From Octopus sinensis (lineage: Eukaryota): a DNA stretch of 64,000 nucleotides. The stretch is taken from contig NC_043003.1 of assembly GCF_006345805.1 (NCBI RefSeq), positions 37,448,001 through 37,512,000 on the forward strand, written 5' to 3'. How positions within the stretch are numbered: the first letter of the stretch is position 1; the number at the start of each line of letters is the position of its first letter. A program made the position numbers and the translations under genes. Shown here in pieces: positions 49,466-63,769 of the stretch. A model generated the notes under the pieces. The model worked only from the letters and a program-made list of their open reading frames with translations, was not told where the DNA came from and did no database searches.

Positions 49466-49558
49466 CATCACTATCCCGTTTTATAGAATAAGTGCACAGT
49501 ATATGACCAAAGTCTCATGAGTAGATTTGGTAGACAGAAACTGTGTGTGTGTGTTACA

Positions 49559-49947
49559 TCTCAATATATATAAAGCTGAAGTTGTCTGTGTATGGCAGGT
49601 TTGGTAGCCTTCAACTAACACTATCTCCTCCGAGACCCTGCAGCACAAGTTGACCAAAATTGAGAGTATGAAAGAAGGCTTGCTCTTCCTTCCATAGAAG
49701 AAAAAATTCAAATCAGACCATGTAAACACCAAAAATTATTTACATCAAAAGGTGCTTTTTTTTCTATGAAAATCCCTACTTTTTACGATTTTTTGACTGC
49801 TGTGTCGCCATTTTTTGGTGTATTTCAACCAGGAAAATGTTCACTTAAAGAGAATAACAAGCTACATAATGCAAAATTTTTACTTTTCAAAAATTCAAAT
49901 TCTAAAGGGCCGAAACAAACCCGAGCAACGCCGGGCGATACTGCTAG
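49559..49947 (+). mobile_element. Non-autonomous Helitron
   Basis: A|TC 5' end (TCTCAATATATATAAA), subterminal hairpin CCCGAGCAACGCCGGG, CTAG|T 3' end, no TSD. Confidence 0.8.
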
Positions 49948-50601
49948 TTACAAATTGTAAACAAATGTTACCATCATGCAAGCAGAGTTCTTCATTTTCA
50001 AACTTCTGTCACAATGTGTACACACGCATACACGCACGGAGAAACACTATTAAATTTTGAGAATAGTACGACAAGGGAGTTAAATATCTAGAACGTAAAT
50101 TACACAATAGTTACCTCCCTTGGATTATTTTGCTAGTATTTAGTAAACTGCCAAAGCTATTTTTGAGATAGTCGGTTTTCTCTTCCAACGATCCGAGTTT
50201 AGATCTTATATCTATTCTTTACTTTTATCCCTATAGGATCGCTGAAATAAGTCATCGTTACATCCAATGGTATGTGAACTTCTCAAAATATTGATTTCTA
50301 ACATTTGGTAGGAATCCACAAATTACGATGGGGAAGCGTATATTCAATTATTTCGATGACAAGCGCTTTATAGAAAAATGAAAGGCAAAGTCAGTAAAGG
50401 TAAGGTTCGAACTCGGAACTTAAGGAACGTGACTAGATGCTACAAAGCACTATTTTGTTTAACACTCTACTGCTTCTACCGATTTAACAAGCCCTTAGAA
50501 CTTAATATAAAAGGAAATATCAACAACAAGAAAAAATAACAGAAAACGCGAAAACTGTGACATTCATACCTACCAAAAAGATATTATAGACATAAATGTT
50601 G

Positions 50602-51010
50602 GGATCTTTTCGGTTTGACCGGCAGTTTTTTAAAATAATTTCCACGTAACTAAACACTTTTAAACTTCGTATACTGGTAGAATGTGTTTATAAAACATCT
50701 TTTTCTCTTGGCTTTATTGAGAAAATTCTATAGCTTGTAAGATATTTGTTGTTGTTTTTTCTTCAATTTCTGCTATTTCAACCAATCAATGACGTCTATT
50801 GAGGTGGAAACATTCTGTGCCGTATGAATATGTCCCTCGTTTAAGAAATAGATTTGGTTTATTTACATTTCTGAAGAAAAAAAGATACCCTTCCCCCCAC
50901 CCCTAACTAACCCTAACCCTAAAACAGATTGAAATGCAATAGATCGATACTAGGGTCATAATTTCATATGACACCGCTAGAAAAAAGTGCCGTTCAAACC
51001 GAAAAGATCC
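50602..51010. mobile_element. MITE with GGATCTTTTCGGTTTG TIRs and 8-bp TSD AAATGTTG (Merlin-like)
   Basis: TIRs at both ends; TSD at 50594-50601 and 51011-51018; internal CCCTAA repeats. Confidence 0.9.
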
Positions 51011-51964
51011 AAATGTTGAATTACAATTGCATATCAAAATTGGATTTATAAATATTTGTTAGTTTAACCATCCTCTTATTCACAAGGAGTTAATTTACTT
51101 TCCCCAATCATAACAAATCCAGAGAATGTATAAAACCAATATCTAATTCCAGTGTGGAAAATTACCTCCCAGATATGTTACAAATAACATTTCCTAGAAG
51201 GGCTTCATAACTGTTCCTGAGAGAGCTGAAGAAATAGAGAGTGAGTGTTCTTAATCGGTCAACCAAACAAATGCAATGGAGCAATTTAAGCTCAAAATAC
51301 CCTGCCAGCAGAGTCTACAGCACAGGTTCAATTTCCTATCGAAACATTTCACATAAGGTTTATGTATGCTTCAGGCAGGCAGAAAAAATCCACATCTTTG
51401 GTTTACAAGATGAGGAGTTTGTATGCAAAAAAACTCTTCACTATCTTTGATGATAGTGAAATTCTCTCTGCCCTGGGGTAGAGATATAGCTGTGCGGTAA
51501 AGAATTTCACTCCACAACTACATAGTTGCAAGTTCAATCCTGCTGTGTAAACACCGAGGGCAAGTAGTTCCTACCATAAACTCAGTTCAGTCAAAGCTTT
51601 TCATGCCTGTTCTTGAAGTTAACACCACCTGGCCCATGTATACCTTTAGTGAAGTCAACTGTGTTGTAAGCATTTTGGCAAGACTTAAATAAAAACAAAC
51701 AAATTAGGTGACTGTTTACCACCATACATCAGCAAAGATAGAAAAAGGACTTCATAATCATTTTAATATCTATTTTTTCATGCTTGCATAGATCAGTCCA
51801 TTGAACCATATTTTCTATCGCCAGATGCCCTTCCAGAGACCAACCCTTATTTATTTCCAAACAAGATAATATTTCCTCATGGCCAGACATGTTCTATGTC
51901 TAACTGTGATACTCTTTACAGCAATCATACAGTGTTAAGGTAAGAAGAAACAAACATTCATACA

Positions 51965-52012
<48 letters not shown>

Positions 52013-52352
52013 AGTGATGGGTTTCTTTTTGATTTTCGTTAATAGAGAGGAAGTGTTCTTCCCAATCAGTCAACCAAAGAAATGAAATGGAGCAATTTGA
52101 GCTCAAAGTACCCTGCCAACAGTCTACAGCACAGGTTCAATTCCTTGTTGAGACATTTTACATAATATATCCCACTAAGGTTTATGTATGTTTCGGGTGG
52201 GCAGAAAAATACACACTCACAATGCTTTGGTTCATCCAGAGTTAACCCAAGGTGCCATGTGGTGGGAGTGAACATAGAACCATGTTGTTAGGAAGCAAAT
52301 TTCTCATCACACAGCTACATCTGTGACAACAAAAATTAAATTGTTTACTTAC

Positions 52353-52542
52353 CACATTTCTCCTCGTAGTATACACCATTAGCATAAAAAGAGAGGGACT
52401 TGTGTGCTGCATCAATAGCAACAGATACTGGACCAAATTTGAAAATAGCAGCTTTCAGTGCATCTTCACTTCCTGAAGTGACATTTACATATCCTTTCAA
52501 ATTGAGAACAGGTTTCGTTGAATTGTAATGACATTTGCCATC
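52353..52542 (-). CDS. Cysteine protease exon (DGKCHYN..GPVSVAIDAAHKSLSFYANGVYYEEKC)
   Basis: AG/GT boundaries, phase 0 to 1; C1A GPVSVAIDA and FYxxGVY motifs. Confidence 0.95.
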
Positions 52543-52610
52543 CTGAAATAATTCAAGCAGAAAAATTTTTTTAATCAAAATGGTAAAGTCATCATGGTAA
52601 AGGAAAGCTG

Positions 52611-53035
52611 GGATCTTTCCGGTTTGAACGGCAGTTTTTTTTTTATAATTTCCACGTAACTAAACACTTTTAAACTTAGTATATTGGTAGAATGTATTTA
52701 TAAAACATCTTTTTCTCTTGGCTTTATTGAGAAAATTCTATAGCTTGTAAGATATTTGTTGTTGTTTTTCTTCAATTTCTCCAATTTCAACCAATCAATG
52801 ACGTATATTGAGGTGAAAACATTCTGTGCCGTATGAATATGTCCCTCGTTTAAGAAACATATTGGGTTTATTTACATTTGTGAAGAAAAAAAGATACCCT
52901 TCCCCCACCCCTAACCAACACTAACTAACCCTAAAACAGATTGAAATGCAATAGATCGATACTAGGGTCATAATTATGGGTGACAATTTCATATGACACC
53001 GCTAGAAAAAACTGCCGTTCAAACCGAAAAGATCC
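52611..53035. mobile_element. Second copy of the same MITE, 8-bp TSD GAAAGCTG
   Basis: TSD at 52603-52610 and 53036-53043; closely similar to 50602-51010. Confidence 0.9.
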
Positions 53036-53464
53036 GAAAGCTGGAGTACAGCCTTTATAAGTAGATATAAACATAAATGTATTATGTATTTTGACGTGGT
53101 TCTTGTAACCTCGCCGCCTCTTGTACTTTGAATTTACTAAATTTCTGAGGACAATTGTTTCTCTGAATTTGAGACACAATACTTATATTAAGTTGCATGT
53201 TGTTATTGCACTAGTATAAATGTTGTAGGATACAGTCAAGTGACTAAATAATTCAAACGGACGATGAAATGAAGTGGGGGGAAAACGTATAAGTAACTGA
53301 AGGGAATTAACTGCTAAATTACTTTTTAAAGCATACAGATTTATCTCCCTGAAAATTCTTTCCATGCTATGTTAATTATATTTTTCTATATTTAGTATAA
53401 TCACAGGATAAAAAAAATACGTACTAATTAATTCTTTCAAATTTTGTCCATGGCTACTACTTAT

Positions 53465-53650
53465 TTTTTTAAGGGAAGGAGTTAGACGATTACGTTGACA
53501 CCAATGATCAACCGGTACTTAATTTATCGAACCCCAAAGGATGAGAGATAGTCAACCTCTGCAGAATTTGAACTCAGAATGTCAAATCAAAAGAAATGCA
53601 GCTAATCATTCTGCCTGGAGGTGCTAACGTGTCTGCCAGCTAGCCGTCTT
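53465..53650 (-). mobile_element. SINE family A, degenerate
   Basis: Reverse complement of head, B-box and body. Confidence 0.65.
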
Positions 53651-53813
53651 ACAATTACATACTAATTAATAGAAAGCTAAATAAAGATGCTCTCAGTGTG
53701 TGGTGACGTCATTCGCAGTTTGAGTTTACTTAAGAAGGCAGGTTGAACTTTTAGGTTTCAGATTAAAGGATTGGAATCCACAACAGGATACACAATTATG
53801 TATTTCTGATCGT

Positions 53814-54528
53814 AGATCTTTCCAGTTGGGTTGCCAATTTTCAAAAATTCAGAGTTTATTGAAAATTTGTAAATTTAGTACATTAATGTAGATGAATCTC
53901 AGGAGATATTTCACTTTTTCCAGGAAAAAAAATTTTTTTAATAGTTATAGAGGTTTAAAGTTTGAGAAAACAGGACTTGAAAGCTGTCATTTTGTGCATG
54001 ACATGTTTTAATATGAAACGAAATAAATCAACTTGTACTATATAACTCCTTATAATTTTTCTATGTTTTAGAATTTTCAGAAAATTTTTGCAAATTTGTA
54101 TCTATACTCAGGAATTCATGCGATTATGCAAAAGCAAAATTAAATTGGAAGGTGTGCAGTTTAAGGCCTATTTGGCTGTTGTTTTTAGCACATCTCTTTA
54201 CCAACAGATGGGTACAAGCAGCAGAACACAGCATCAATGCACATGCTTTTGTGTAGAATATATTTGTCAATATGTATTATCTCACAGACAAAAGAGCTTT
54301 TGTATTTGGCTTATTATAGAAACAGGCATGTGTCTGGCTTACGATTGCCTAAAATTACCCAAAATTTTCAAACCTTAAACACTAATAACTTTTTGCTTAA
54401 TAATTTATTGCAAAATTTAATTTCAAAGCAGGGATTAGTATATAAAACCATATCATTTCACTGAAAATGAAATCAATTCAAGCAGGAATTGAAGAGATTG
54501 AAAATTGGGAGCCAAACCGAAAAGCTCC
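53814..54528. mobile_element. Related older 715-bp MITE, 8-bp TSD CTGATCGT
   Basis: Imperfect TIRs (A/G)GA(T/G)CTTT(C/T)C(A/G)GTT(G/T)GG.T.CCAATTTTCAA; TSD at 53806-53813 and 54529-54536. Confidence 0.75.
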
Positions 54529-54789
54529 CTGATCGTATTTTTTATAATAGTGCATCTATAACAGTCTTTAGAAATTAAATTACATGCATTACAAGAGTAT
54601 GTAACATATAGCATGATGCAGCACAAAAGTACTAAAAGAACTATTAGAATTAGGAATTTTCATTCTTGGAATATGGAGAATGGTGATGAGGATACCTAAT
54701 TTAATTTTTTTCTGAGGGAAAGAGACATAAAATCCCACAGAGAGACAGAATTTAATAAATGTGAACAAAGAGCAATTAGCCACTACACA

Positions 54790-54945
54790 CATTTTTTTCT
54801 CTCCTTGTTTTTTCTGTGTCTCTTTCTGTAGAAGAGCATAGGCTCGAAACGTAAAAGACTTTTTCTATTCCTGAGTGTTATACTAATACATCTGTTTGTT
54901 TTGTACACCACCTATCTTTGTTTTTTTCGTAAACTCTCCTTATAT
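54790..54945 (+). mobile_element. Solo Penelope-like mini-element with variant hammerhead
   Basis: TCTTT-CTGTAGA-AGAGC-ATAG-GCTC-GAAAC-GTA-AAAGA at 54821-54858. Confidence 0.5.
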
Positions 54946-55864
54946 ATACTAGTACAAGCTTATCTCATGAGAGCAAAATGCCCAATTTAATAGTGCAAAT
55001 GAGCTAGGTTTGATAAAGTTTAAAGGAATATAAACGATAGTGTCTGAGAAAAGGAGAGGAAGATAAAGACATTTTGACTGAAGTTGGCTTTAAAAATATA
55101 TATTAAAAGAGAATGCCCATGTGTTCAGACACTATTCACACTATAATAAATACACATACACATCAAGGTCTGGTTGAGTGGCTTCTGACTGGTACAATAG
55201 ATGTCAAAGTTAATTGGGTCAAAGACAGTCTACTTGTTAGCCAGGTACTGTGCTATGATTCTTTTGTCAATAGTAGTCACTAAGAATCTCTGCTTCCATA
55301 GCAGTTATCAAAGCAATAAAACTTGTTGGCAATGAGTAACCACCCGAGTATGTTTGTTTTGTTAATCATTATGCAAAGATTAAATGTTCAGAGGGTTCGA
55401 GATCATGACACCAACAAGGACGTATTTCAAGGGAATTTTCATACTGCTAAACCTATTTATTTTTATAAAATAGGACTTATAGAACTCTAGTAAAATGTTT
55501 TTTAAAAAAAGCGGAATTTCAAAATAAGCACCACCCATTGTAAATGGTTAACTTTAGTTTTTTTTTCTTGTTTTTTAATGTTATATTTTTGTTTTAAAAA
55601 ATTATAATTCAAATTATGTAATAAAAACAGTTCTAGATTAAAACATCTACATGACATACTTAGTATAAGTATATTATTCAAAAGTCAAAGGTTGCAGGGG
55701 TGGTCTCAGGAAATATCCCTTTATAGACATACTGTGTAGTTGTGACTTGGCAATGTCACACACTCGAGTCACTTTCATCTCAAGTGCATGACACTGACAA
55801 GCAACAAAAATATCAAAATTTGCATGTCACCTTTGTGACTGTTTCATTTCAACTAACTCTGCAG

Positions 55865-56010
55865 TATCACCATCATCATCATTTAACGTCTGTTTTCCAT
55901 GCTAGCATGGGTTGGACGGTTCAACCAGGGTCTGGGAAGCCAGGAGGCTGCACCAGGCTCCAGTCTGATCTGGCAGTGTTTCTACAGCTGGATGCCCTTC
56001 CTAACGCTAA
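55865..56010 (-). mobile_element. RTE-tail repeat with (GAT)n end; more copies at about 56760-56960, 59290-59465, 59800-59890, 60140-60320
   Basis: Same sequence as the 3' UTR at 49260-49465 (AAACCATCCAACCCATGCCAGCATGGAAA..GATGATGAT). Confidence 0.75.
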
Positions 56011-57120
56011 TACCCTTGTATATTTTAATGCACAGCGACTATAAAAAATAAAATCAGTCAAGCCAGGGATCTCATCACAAGTTCATGAGACCTGCTACAG
56101 GTATACCATATAAACAGTACTATCTGTTCTATCATGATGAAGTGGTTGGTAACTAAACCGGCTCCCCAACTTGAGTAGCTTGCTACTCTTGTGAGAAAGG
56201 GTGTCTGGGCACCCAGCAGGACTGAAAACAAGACTGTTGAAGGACAGATGAGCTCCTTGTGGGCCAACAGCCATCCAGTTGATGAAATCAATGGCAAACC
56301 ACCCCCCATTATCTCTGCCAAGAAAATACACAATGAGAAAGTCAGAATGAAGTAATGCTATGGCTTTGTCTGATGTGAGAACTCATGCTTAATCATGAAA
56401 ATTTTTGTAGCAGTGTCATCGATGTGCTGCCAAAAGCATATGATACATGGCAACAACGCTGACATCTATAAAGAGATACTTCCCAAGATAACCATAACAG
56501 ACTCTGGTTTTTCAACAATATTCATATGGTAAGTATGTCATATAGTTGAAGTCAGCTGTAATTATTTTTAACAATTCACTTTTAACAATCACTGTAGATT
56601 ACGAAATATAATTGCATTTTTCTTTAATCTGCAATTAATTGCAAAGATAGATTTTAAACAAAATAAAAATCAGCTAAAATTAATCCCAGTATAATGATTT
56701 CCTTTCAGGTGTTGTACTTCTTTCAGAAAGTTACATTTAGTTAAGTGTTGTACCAGGTGCCAGTTTGATTTTGGCTTGGTTTCTATGGCTGGATGCCCTT
56801 TCTAACACCAACCACTCCAAGAGTGTAGTAAATGCCTTTCACATGTCACCGCCACAGGTGCCATTTACGTGTCACTGCCACAGGTGCCTTTTACGTTTCA
56901 CCAGCACTGTCCACGACTACAATTTCACTTGGCCTGACAAGTCTTATCAAGCACAGCAAACAGCCAAAGATCTTGATCACTACAAATAATTTAAAATCAT
57001 TAATCTCTAAAAATGCAATTTAAAAATCCCATCAATTATAATTATACTAAAACCACTTAATACATTTTGGCATTATGCCATTTTGTGTTAGAGAAGAAAA
57101 AAATATTTAAAAGTATTTAC

Positions 57121-57282
57121 AATAGCAAGATAAGCTCCATAAGAATCTTCACTTGTCAGGCCACCTGTCTTCATAATCCAATCATAAGCCCGGAAATCTT
57201 CGCCTCCATCACAGCCATTGTTGCCCTCACCCCATGAACAATCCATTAATTCTTGTTGTGACAAGCGAACCAAATTACCAGT
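57121..57282 (-). CDS. Cysteine protease exon (TGNLVRLSQQELMDCSWGEGNNGCDGGEDFRAY..YGAYLAI)
   Basis: AG/GT boundaries, phase 0 to 0; LSxQxLxDCS and GCxGG motifs. Confidence 0.95.
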
Positions 57283-57606
57283 CTGAAAAAAATAGGAAAA
57301 AATGTTTTTATATTTCAAAAACGTATATTGCAACATACACAAATATCATCATCAATTGTTATCATCATTATGATATCTACTTTTTCATGCTTGCATAGAT
57401 CACATTTGATTGAAAGAGATCTTATATTATTCAAGCAACAGAATTTATGTAAACTCTAAGTATATTTGACATATAGAAGTGGGGTAAAAAAAAAAAAAAA
57501 AAACATTCAAATTTAAAGCTATACACACAATGGTTCTCATATGAACTACTTGGTCATAATATGGTCAAACTTTACTACTTTCTTCAATCACACTGTCTCA
57601 GTGCTA

Positions 57607-57819
<213 letters not shown>

Positions 57820-59494
57820 TTAATTTCAAGATGCCATCATCAGTGACATTTTTACATTCAACTTTTCTTGCTAGGACAAGTTGGATTAAACTTTTTGAGG
57901 AAATATTTTTACAGCCAAATCCCCTTCTTGGTGCCAAAGCAAAATTAAAATAACCACTGAAGAATAAAATTATTTAGACAAACTTGGAATGGGGAGGTAC
58001 CTTTTTTTTTTTTTCACGATTCTATTAAAATTTCAAGTCTAAATTCCCATTCAATGAATATTTATGGGATTATTCCTCATCGTCAGAACATATAGAAAAT
58101 GAAAAGAAAAAAAATTAACTTAAAATTATGTAAAATTGGTTAAAATATCTCGAGGCTTTCCCTACATAGTTTAGAATGATCATTCCCAAAAGCGTCAGTC
58201 TACAGCTACACGTAACCTCTACACTTCATTTTCAGTGATCCCTACCATATAAATAGAAATGACAAGACAGGAAATTTCAAAGGGACAAAACACCTACCTC
58301 TTACGGTTGTCTTTACTAACTAAAACACACGCTCATGTACGCACACCCTTATGCAATACCAACACTTCCTGAACAGCTGAAGTTGCTTCTATTTCAGAAA
58401 CTGCTACTTTAGAATATCTAGAGTTTACTACATCATATTTCAGAGTTCAAATCACACCAAGGTCAGTTTTAGAAGGATGTGAGGTCAATGTGCTGGACTA
58501 ATGGCCACAGTCAAGAATGTGTCTAATTCCTTGTATTATACTTAAATTCATTGTTAACACAGGTAATGCATGGATCATTAAAAAAGTTAATTAGAAGCAA
58601 TTATGCAAAGAAGAGCCTCCCGTATTGCTGAAAATAGGTGTAAAAATATTACTTGTGGACTAATATTTGCTCATAAACTAATGTTTTGGTTTATTTCTTT
58701 TCCTCATTCTATAAATATTTCTAATTATGTTTCTGCTGATTTGCATAATAAATATTTTCTTTCCATTTGTTTTTATGACTGTTTCCCATGTTAGCTTGGG
58801 TTAGATGAATACATTATTTAAGTACTGTTTTACAACTGGATACCCTTACTAGTTTTTCAAGTATGGGATCACAGCTCTGAAGGCACAAAAACCATAGACA
58901 ATTTGCTGATGCAAGCATACACACACACACACATATACACGGGGTACAAAAGTAAGTATACAGTTATGAAAAAAGAAAACCCATACAATACTCATTTATT
59001 TTTATTAAAAAAATTAAAAGTTAGACTCATTTTTGATATTTTTAGTGTCATTAATCATAATAATACATTTATAATAACTATAATAATACTTATAACTTTT
59101 TTTATTTTTTTTATAAAACTAAAGGAGTATTGTACATGCTTTCTTTTTTCATAACTGTATGCCTACTTTTGCGCTCCCCCCACCACCCTATATATATATA
59201 TAGGTTTGATAAGTGCCAATGCACAAAACTCATTACCATGTTGAGTTATGCTGCTTCTGCTGAATAAATACACACACATCTATATAACATCAACCACTCC
59301 GCAGAGTGCACTGCAGGGTGGTTGGTGTTAGGAGAGCATCCAGCTGTAAAAGCCATGCCAAACCAGACACAGAAGTTTGGTGTAGTCTTCTACCTGACCA
59401 GCTCCTGTCAAACCATTCCATCCATGCCAGCATGGAAAGCAGATGTTAATTGATGATGATGATCATGATAATAGAGAGAGAGAGAAACACTAAC

Positions 59495-59688
59495 CCTCTA
59501 GCCTCCAGTCTTTACTTTCTGGAATGGAAGAATCGTGAATGAGACTTTCATCAAATGGAAGGCCATTGTTCTTCTGACCGGAGCTTTTGTAGCCTCGCAA
59601 GACTTTCAGTTCAGCTTCACTGTAATCAGCCAAATGATTCACAGCCAGAGTATAAGTGAGACCAGCACGATTCTTGGAGTCGATATAA
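59495..59688 (-). CDS. Cysteine protease exon (YIDSKNRAGLTYTLAVNHLAD..IPESKDWRLE)
   Basis: Phase 2 to 1; end of the I29 propeptide (GNFD-like AVNHLAD) and start of the mature enzyme (P..DWR). Confidence 0.95.
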
Positions 59689-60452
59689 CTGAAAAGAGAA
59701 AGAAACAAATCAGTAGTAGATAAACATTTTTAAAAATGGTGGAAAGGGTTACAGCCCACTATTAATAGTATTATCAGTGGTGGTGGTGGTAATGATAATG
59801 AGCAATCATCATCATCATCCGTTTCCCATGCTGGAATGGGTTGGACAGTTTGACCAGACATGGTAAGGCCAGGGGTCTCATCTGCCCTCCTAGATGAGTT
59901 GGGGGACTATATATCAATTTGTACATTCCAATTTTTGAAGTCATTTCTTATTTCTTTACTGCCCACAAGGGGCTACACACAGAGGGAACAAACAAGGACA
60001 GACAAATTCATTTCTATGGCTGGAGTCCCTTTCTATCAGCCAGCACTATGACAGAGGTGAAGAAGACACTACACATTCTCTCAACCCCACATCATCTCTC
60101 CTCATTTTGGGTAATGATAATTGTTTCTTGCACTGACATCATCATTATCATTTAACATCTGTTTTCCATGCCAGCATCAGCTGATGGTTTGACCAGAGGT
60201 GGAAAGCTGGAGAGCCACACCAAATTTCAGTCTGATTTGGTTTCTATGACCGGATGCCCTTCCTAACACCAACCACCTTACAGAGTGTGCTGGGTACATT
60301 TTATGTGACACCAGCATAGCCAAAAATTTGGAGAGTGGGTGTATTTGTTTTTGTGACTCCAGTACTTGCTGGTATATATTTCATCAACCTTGGAAGATGA
60401 ACATCAACACAGTAGGAACAATAAAGGCAATGTGAACATTTTTATAGTAATA

Positions 60453-60939
60453 CCAGCAGTATTGCCCGGCTTTCCAAAATGGTCACATTTAATTCAAAGC
60501 GTTAAAAATGTTATGAAAACAATTGGTATGTGTTCACAAAGTCCAAACGATTAATATGAAAAAACCCTCCAGGCTACATCCCGGAAATTCATTTCTTTGC
60601 CGAATTTCTACAATGTTTATGGCGATTCGTTTTTATATCTTGATTTTTTATTTTTCATGCAATTTACGCATGCTTGCACATGTGGTGAACACAGTTCACG
60701 TCAAACAGCTGACTGAGTAAAGTTCACTATTCAATGCATGGGATAAGGCCTAAACAAACACATTATTGATTTTTGCACTTGCGAGATGAATTTCAGAACA
60801 GAAACAGCGCAGTTCAATTTTCATTCGCCTAAACTTTAAGTGACCCATTTTTGGTGGTTCTACGATTTGTTGGCTAGGAGGAGATGTGCTGGGAAGTTAA
60901 ACACACAGACACACAAGTTGAGTTTTATATATATATAGA
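60453..60939 (-). mobile_element. Non-autonomous Helitron related to 49559-49947
   Basis: Reverse strand A|TCTATATATATATAAAA ... GCCGGGCAATACTGCTGG|T (CTRR end). Confidence 0.7.
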
Positions 60940-61068
60940 TTTGGTAATAACACTCACAGTAACAGAAAGGATAACAACAACACAAACAACTACAACAACA
61001 TCAGTAGTGCAAGTAACAACAAACAGAAACAACAAAGTTAACAAAAAAAGAAGCAAAACATAACTTAC

Positions 61069-61261
61069 CGAAGATTTTGCAAAAAGTGGTGTTTGCGCTT
61101 ACTGTGCTCTTTTTCATTATTGTAGGATTTGCTATGTTTCTGCTTAAATTCCTCAAACATATCATCAACATAGGAAGTTTTTCTGTTAACCAATTCCAAC
61201 ATGGGGTTCATGGATGCTAAGTGTTTGTCACCAGGTCCAGGGAATCCAGTACACTTCATGG
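61069..61261 (-). CDS. Cysteine protease exon (MKCTGFPGPG..MNPM..FEEFKQKHSKSY..EHSKRKHHFLQNLR)
   Basis: Phase 1 to 2; CxGFPGPG...NPM signature of 26/29-kDa proteinases and the ERFNIN prodomain. Confidence 0.95.
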
Positions 61262-63329
61262 CTATCATAAAAATGAAAAACGAAAGTGTAGGACTTCAAA
61301 GTCAGAGATGGTCTAGTCTGTTTTTGTAAACTATATATACAGGCATGGCGCTTCAGCAAAAGAGATCAATAGAATAAGTATTAGGCTTAAAAAATAAGTT
61401 CTGGGGTCAATTTGTTCCACTAAAACCCTTCGAGGGAGTGCTCCAGCATGGCCACAATCAATTGACTGAAACAAATAAAAGAATACCCTCGACATTATAT
61501 TGTGAATATGATCAAGATACTCAAGACTCGCTGTCTCAGTTCATCAAACTTTAAAATAAGTACCATGAGTAGCTAAAATTACTGTTAGATGAGAATCATC
61601 TATCTTTTATTTGTTTCAGTCATTAGGCTATGGCCATGCTGTAGCACTGCCTTGAAGAATTTTTAGTCAAATTAATCAAACCCAGGACTTTTTTTAAGCA
61701 TTATATTTATTCTATTGGTCTTTGTTGCTGAACCACTAAATTACAGGGACGTAAACACACCAACACCAGCTGTCAAGTGATAGTGGGGAACAAACACACA
61801 CAGATATATATATATATATAGGTAAAAAATTAAGGAGTGTGTGCGTTACATAAATAATATGACCTACCTATATATATATAATTAAAATAACATGTAGTAA
61901 ATGAACAAACGTACATTTTTTTTAATTATATATATATATATAGATAGGTCATATTTTTCATGTCTTTTTATATACATACATCACACACACACACACACAT
62001 AATATATATCATGAGCATCTTTTACTTTCCATCTGCCAAATCTACTGACAAGGCTTTGGCCAGCCCAAGGTTATAGTTGAAGACACTTACCCAAGGTGTC
62101 ATCAGGTAGGACTGAACCCAGAACCATGTGGTTTGGAAGCAAGGAAGAATTTTAAAATATAGTATATTTAATAAATTTGTGTCTGCATCATTACACAAGG
62201 GCTAACTCTGCTGAAATCAATAAAGTGTTAGCTTAGTGATTTCAAAGTCTTAAGGGACTCTATTTCAACAATCATACTTGCACTGTTTCCCTACCTAAGT
62301 CTCCCTAGTCGAGTCCACATAACTCCAAATTAATAACCCGAATATGTGCAACATGAGCACTGTATAACTGCCATGGGATTTATTAACTCTGAGTTTAAAT
62401 CCTAGAATGGATAGAGCTTGAATAAACATTTCTCTGGAGTTGAACCAACAAAAGAACCACCACTGTGTGGTTGATCAACCTGCTAGAAACACCCATTAAA
62501 TTCCACTCAAATTACACACCAAGTTATCTTGGAAAAGGAGTGGATATACTGGATAATGTAGTCCTACATAGACCTAAAATAAAAGAACTGACAAGTGGAA
62601 TGCCTTTGATCAAAGGTCTGCTCAATTAAGACTGACTTGGGGGTTAAATAATTTCCTTCAAGCAAATAGAGTTAATCACTAATGATGTTTACATCTTATA
62701 AAGATACAGGATTGTCTGATGCATAAAAGATTTACTTCCTGCCTTTGGCACAGACCAATTAAACAGAACAGTGGCAGTAGTGGTGGGCTCTGTGCTAGAG
62801 AAAGTTTCACACTGTAGCATACCGACTACCAATCACATTGTAGTAAAGTATTGTGTCCAGTCCTAAGACCCAGAGCTGGTTACCTGGCTTCCATGGCATA
62901 TAAGTGACCAAGGCCACAAAACTAAAGCTGAGTTCACTGGAGCAATGTGAAATGAAGCGTTTTGCTCAAGAGCACAACATAAAACTTCAATCTTACTATC
63001 ATGAGTGTCACACACTAACCTGTATAAGGCAACATGCTTTCACCAACACTTTAGTAGTCCAATACTTTATTTAACCTTAGAGTTATAGTGTCTCAGTTGT
63101 GTCATTTGGGACACTTTGCAGTCATTTAATGCTAAGTATTCTTAAGCATGTGAACTGGAACCTATCAATTGTTTTATCTTCAGTCACTTTTCAGTTTTCA
63201 CATCCATAGAGTAATACTGATCAGATCAATGTCTGGAATAGTTTTAGCTTTGTTTTGCAGCCTGTACCTCTACTTCTCCACACCTTTGTTAAATTGTAGA
63301 ATGCTCTCCGGGATTTGGATATTCTGTTC

Positions 63330-63590
63330 TTTGTACTCTCCATTCAATAGGAAACTAGATCAGACACATCCTCAGACAAGATTAAGAAAGCGATTCTATG
63401 ATGGCACTAAAGTGACGGCTTGAGAGGAAAAGAGCAGTAGAGTGCCCTAAAACTAGGATCATTGACAAGGAAAGTAGACAAGAAGAGTGGAGAAGCTGGA
63501 ATGAGACTAAAAAAAGTGGCAGAAAACAGAGCTGGTTGGAAAGATCACGTTGCAGTCTTATGTGCCTCATGGCACAGAGAAAACTAACTA
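63330..63590 (+). mobile_element. Decayed RTE LINE 3' end
   Basis: Remnants of ..SWNE.KKVAENRAGWKDHVAVLCASWH, a typical RTE C-terminus. Confidence 0.55.
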
Positions 63591-63769
63591 TGGTGCCTCA
63601 GTAGGCAGAGACTTCCAAATTTAAAGTAAAGAGTACAGCAAAAATAATTCCATCCATGCTAACATGAGAAGGAAAAATATCAATTTAAAACCAGGAAAAA
63701 GAAATTAGGCTAAATATTTGTTTGCATGGTTTTTTTTTTGTTTTAAGAAATGGAGCACAAAATACTTAC

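Noticed and set aside
50890-50925. CCCTAA telomere-like repeats (also at about 52905-52935)
   Set aside because: Only 2-3 units, internal to both MITE copies; not a telomere or fusion site.
61853-61957. ~32-bp inverted repeat around a short spacer
   Set aside because: Largely made of (TA)n, which is self-complementary; low information.
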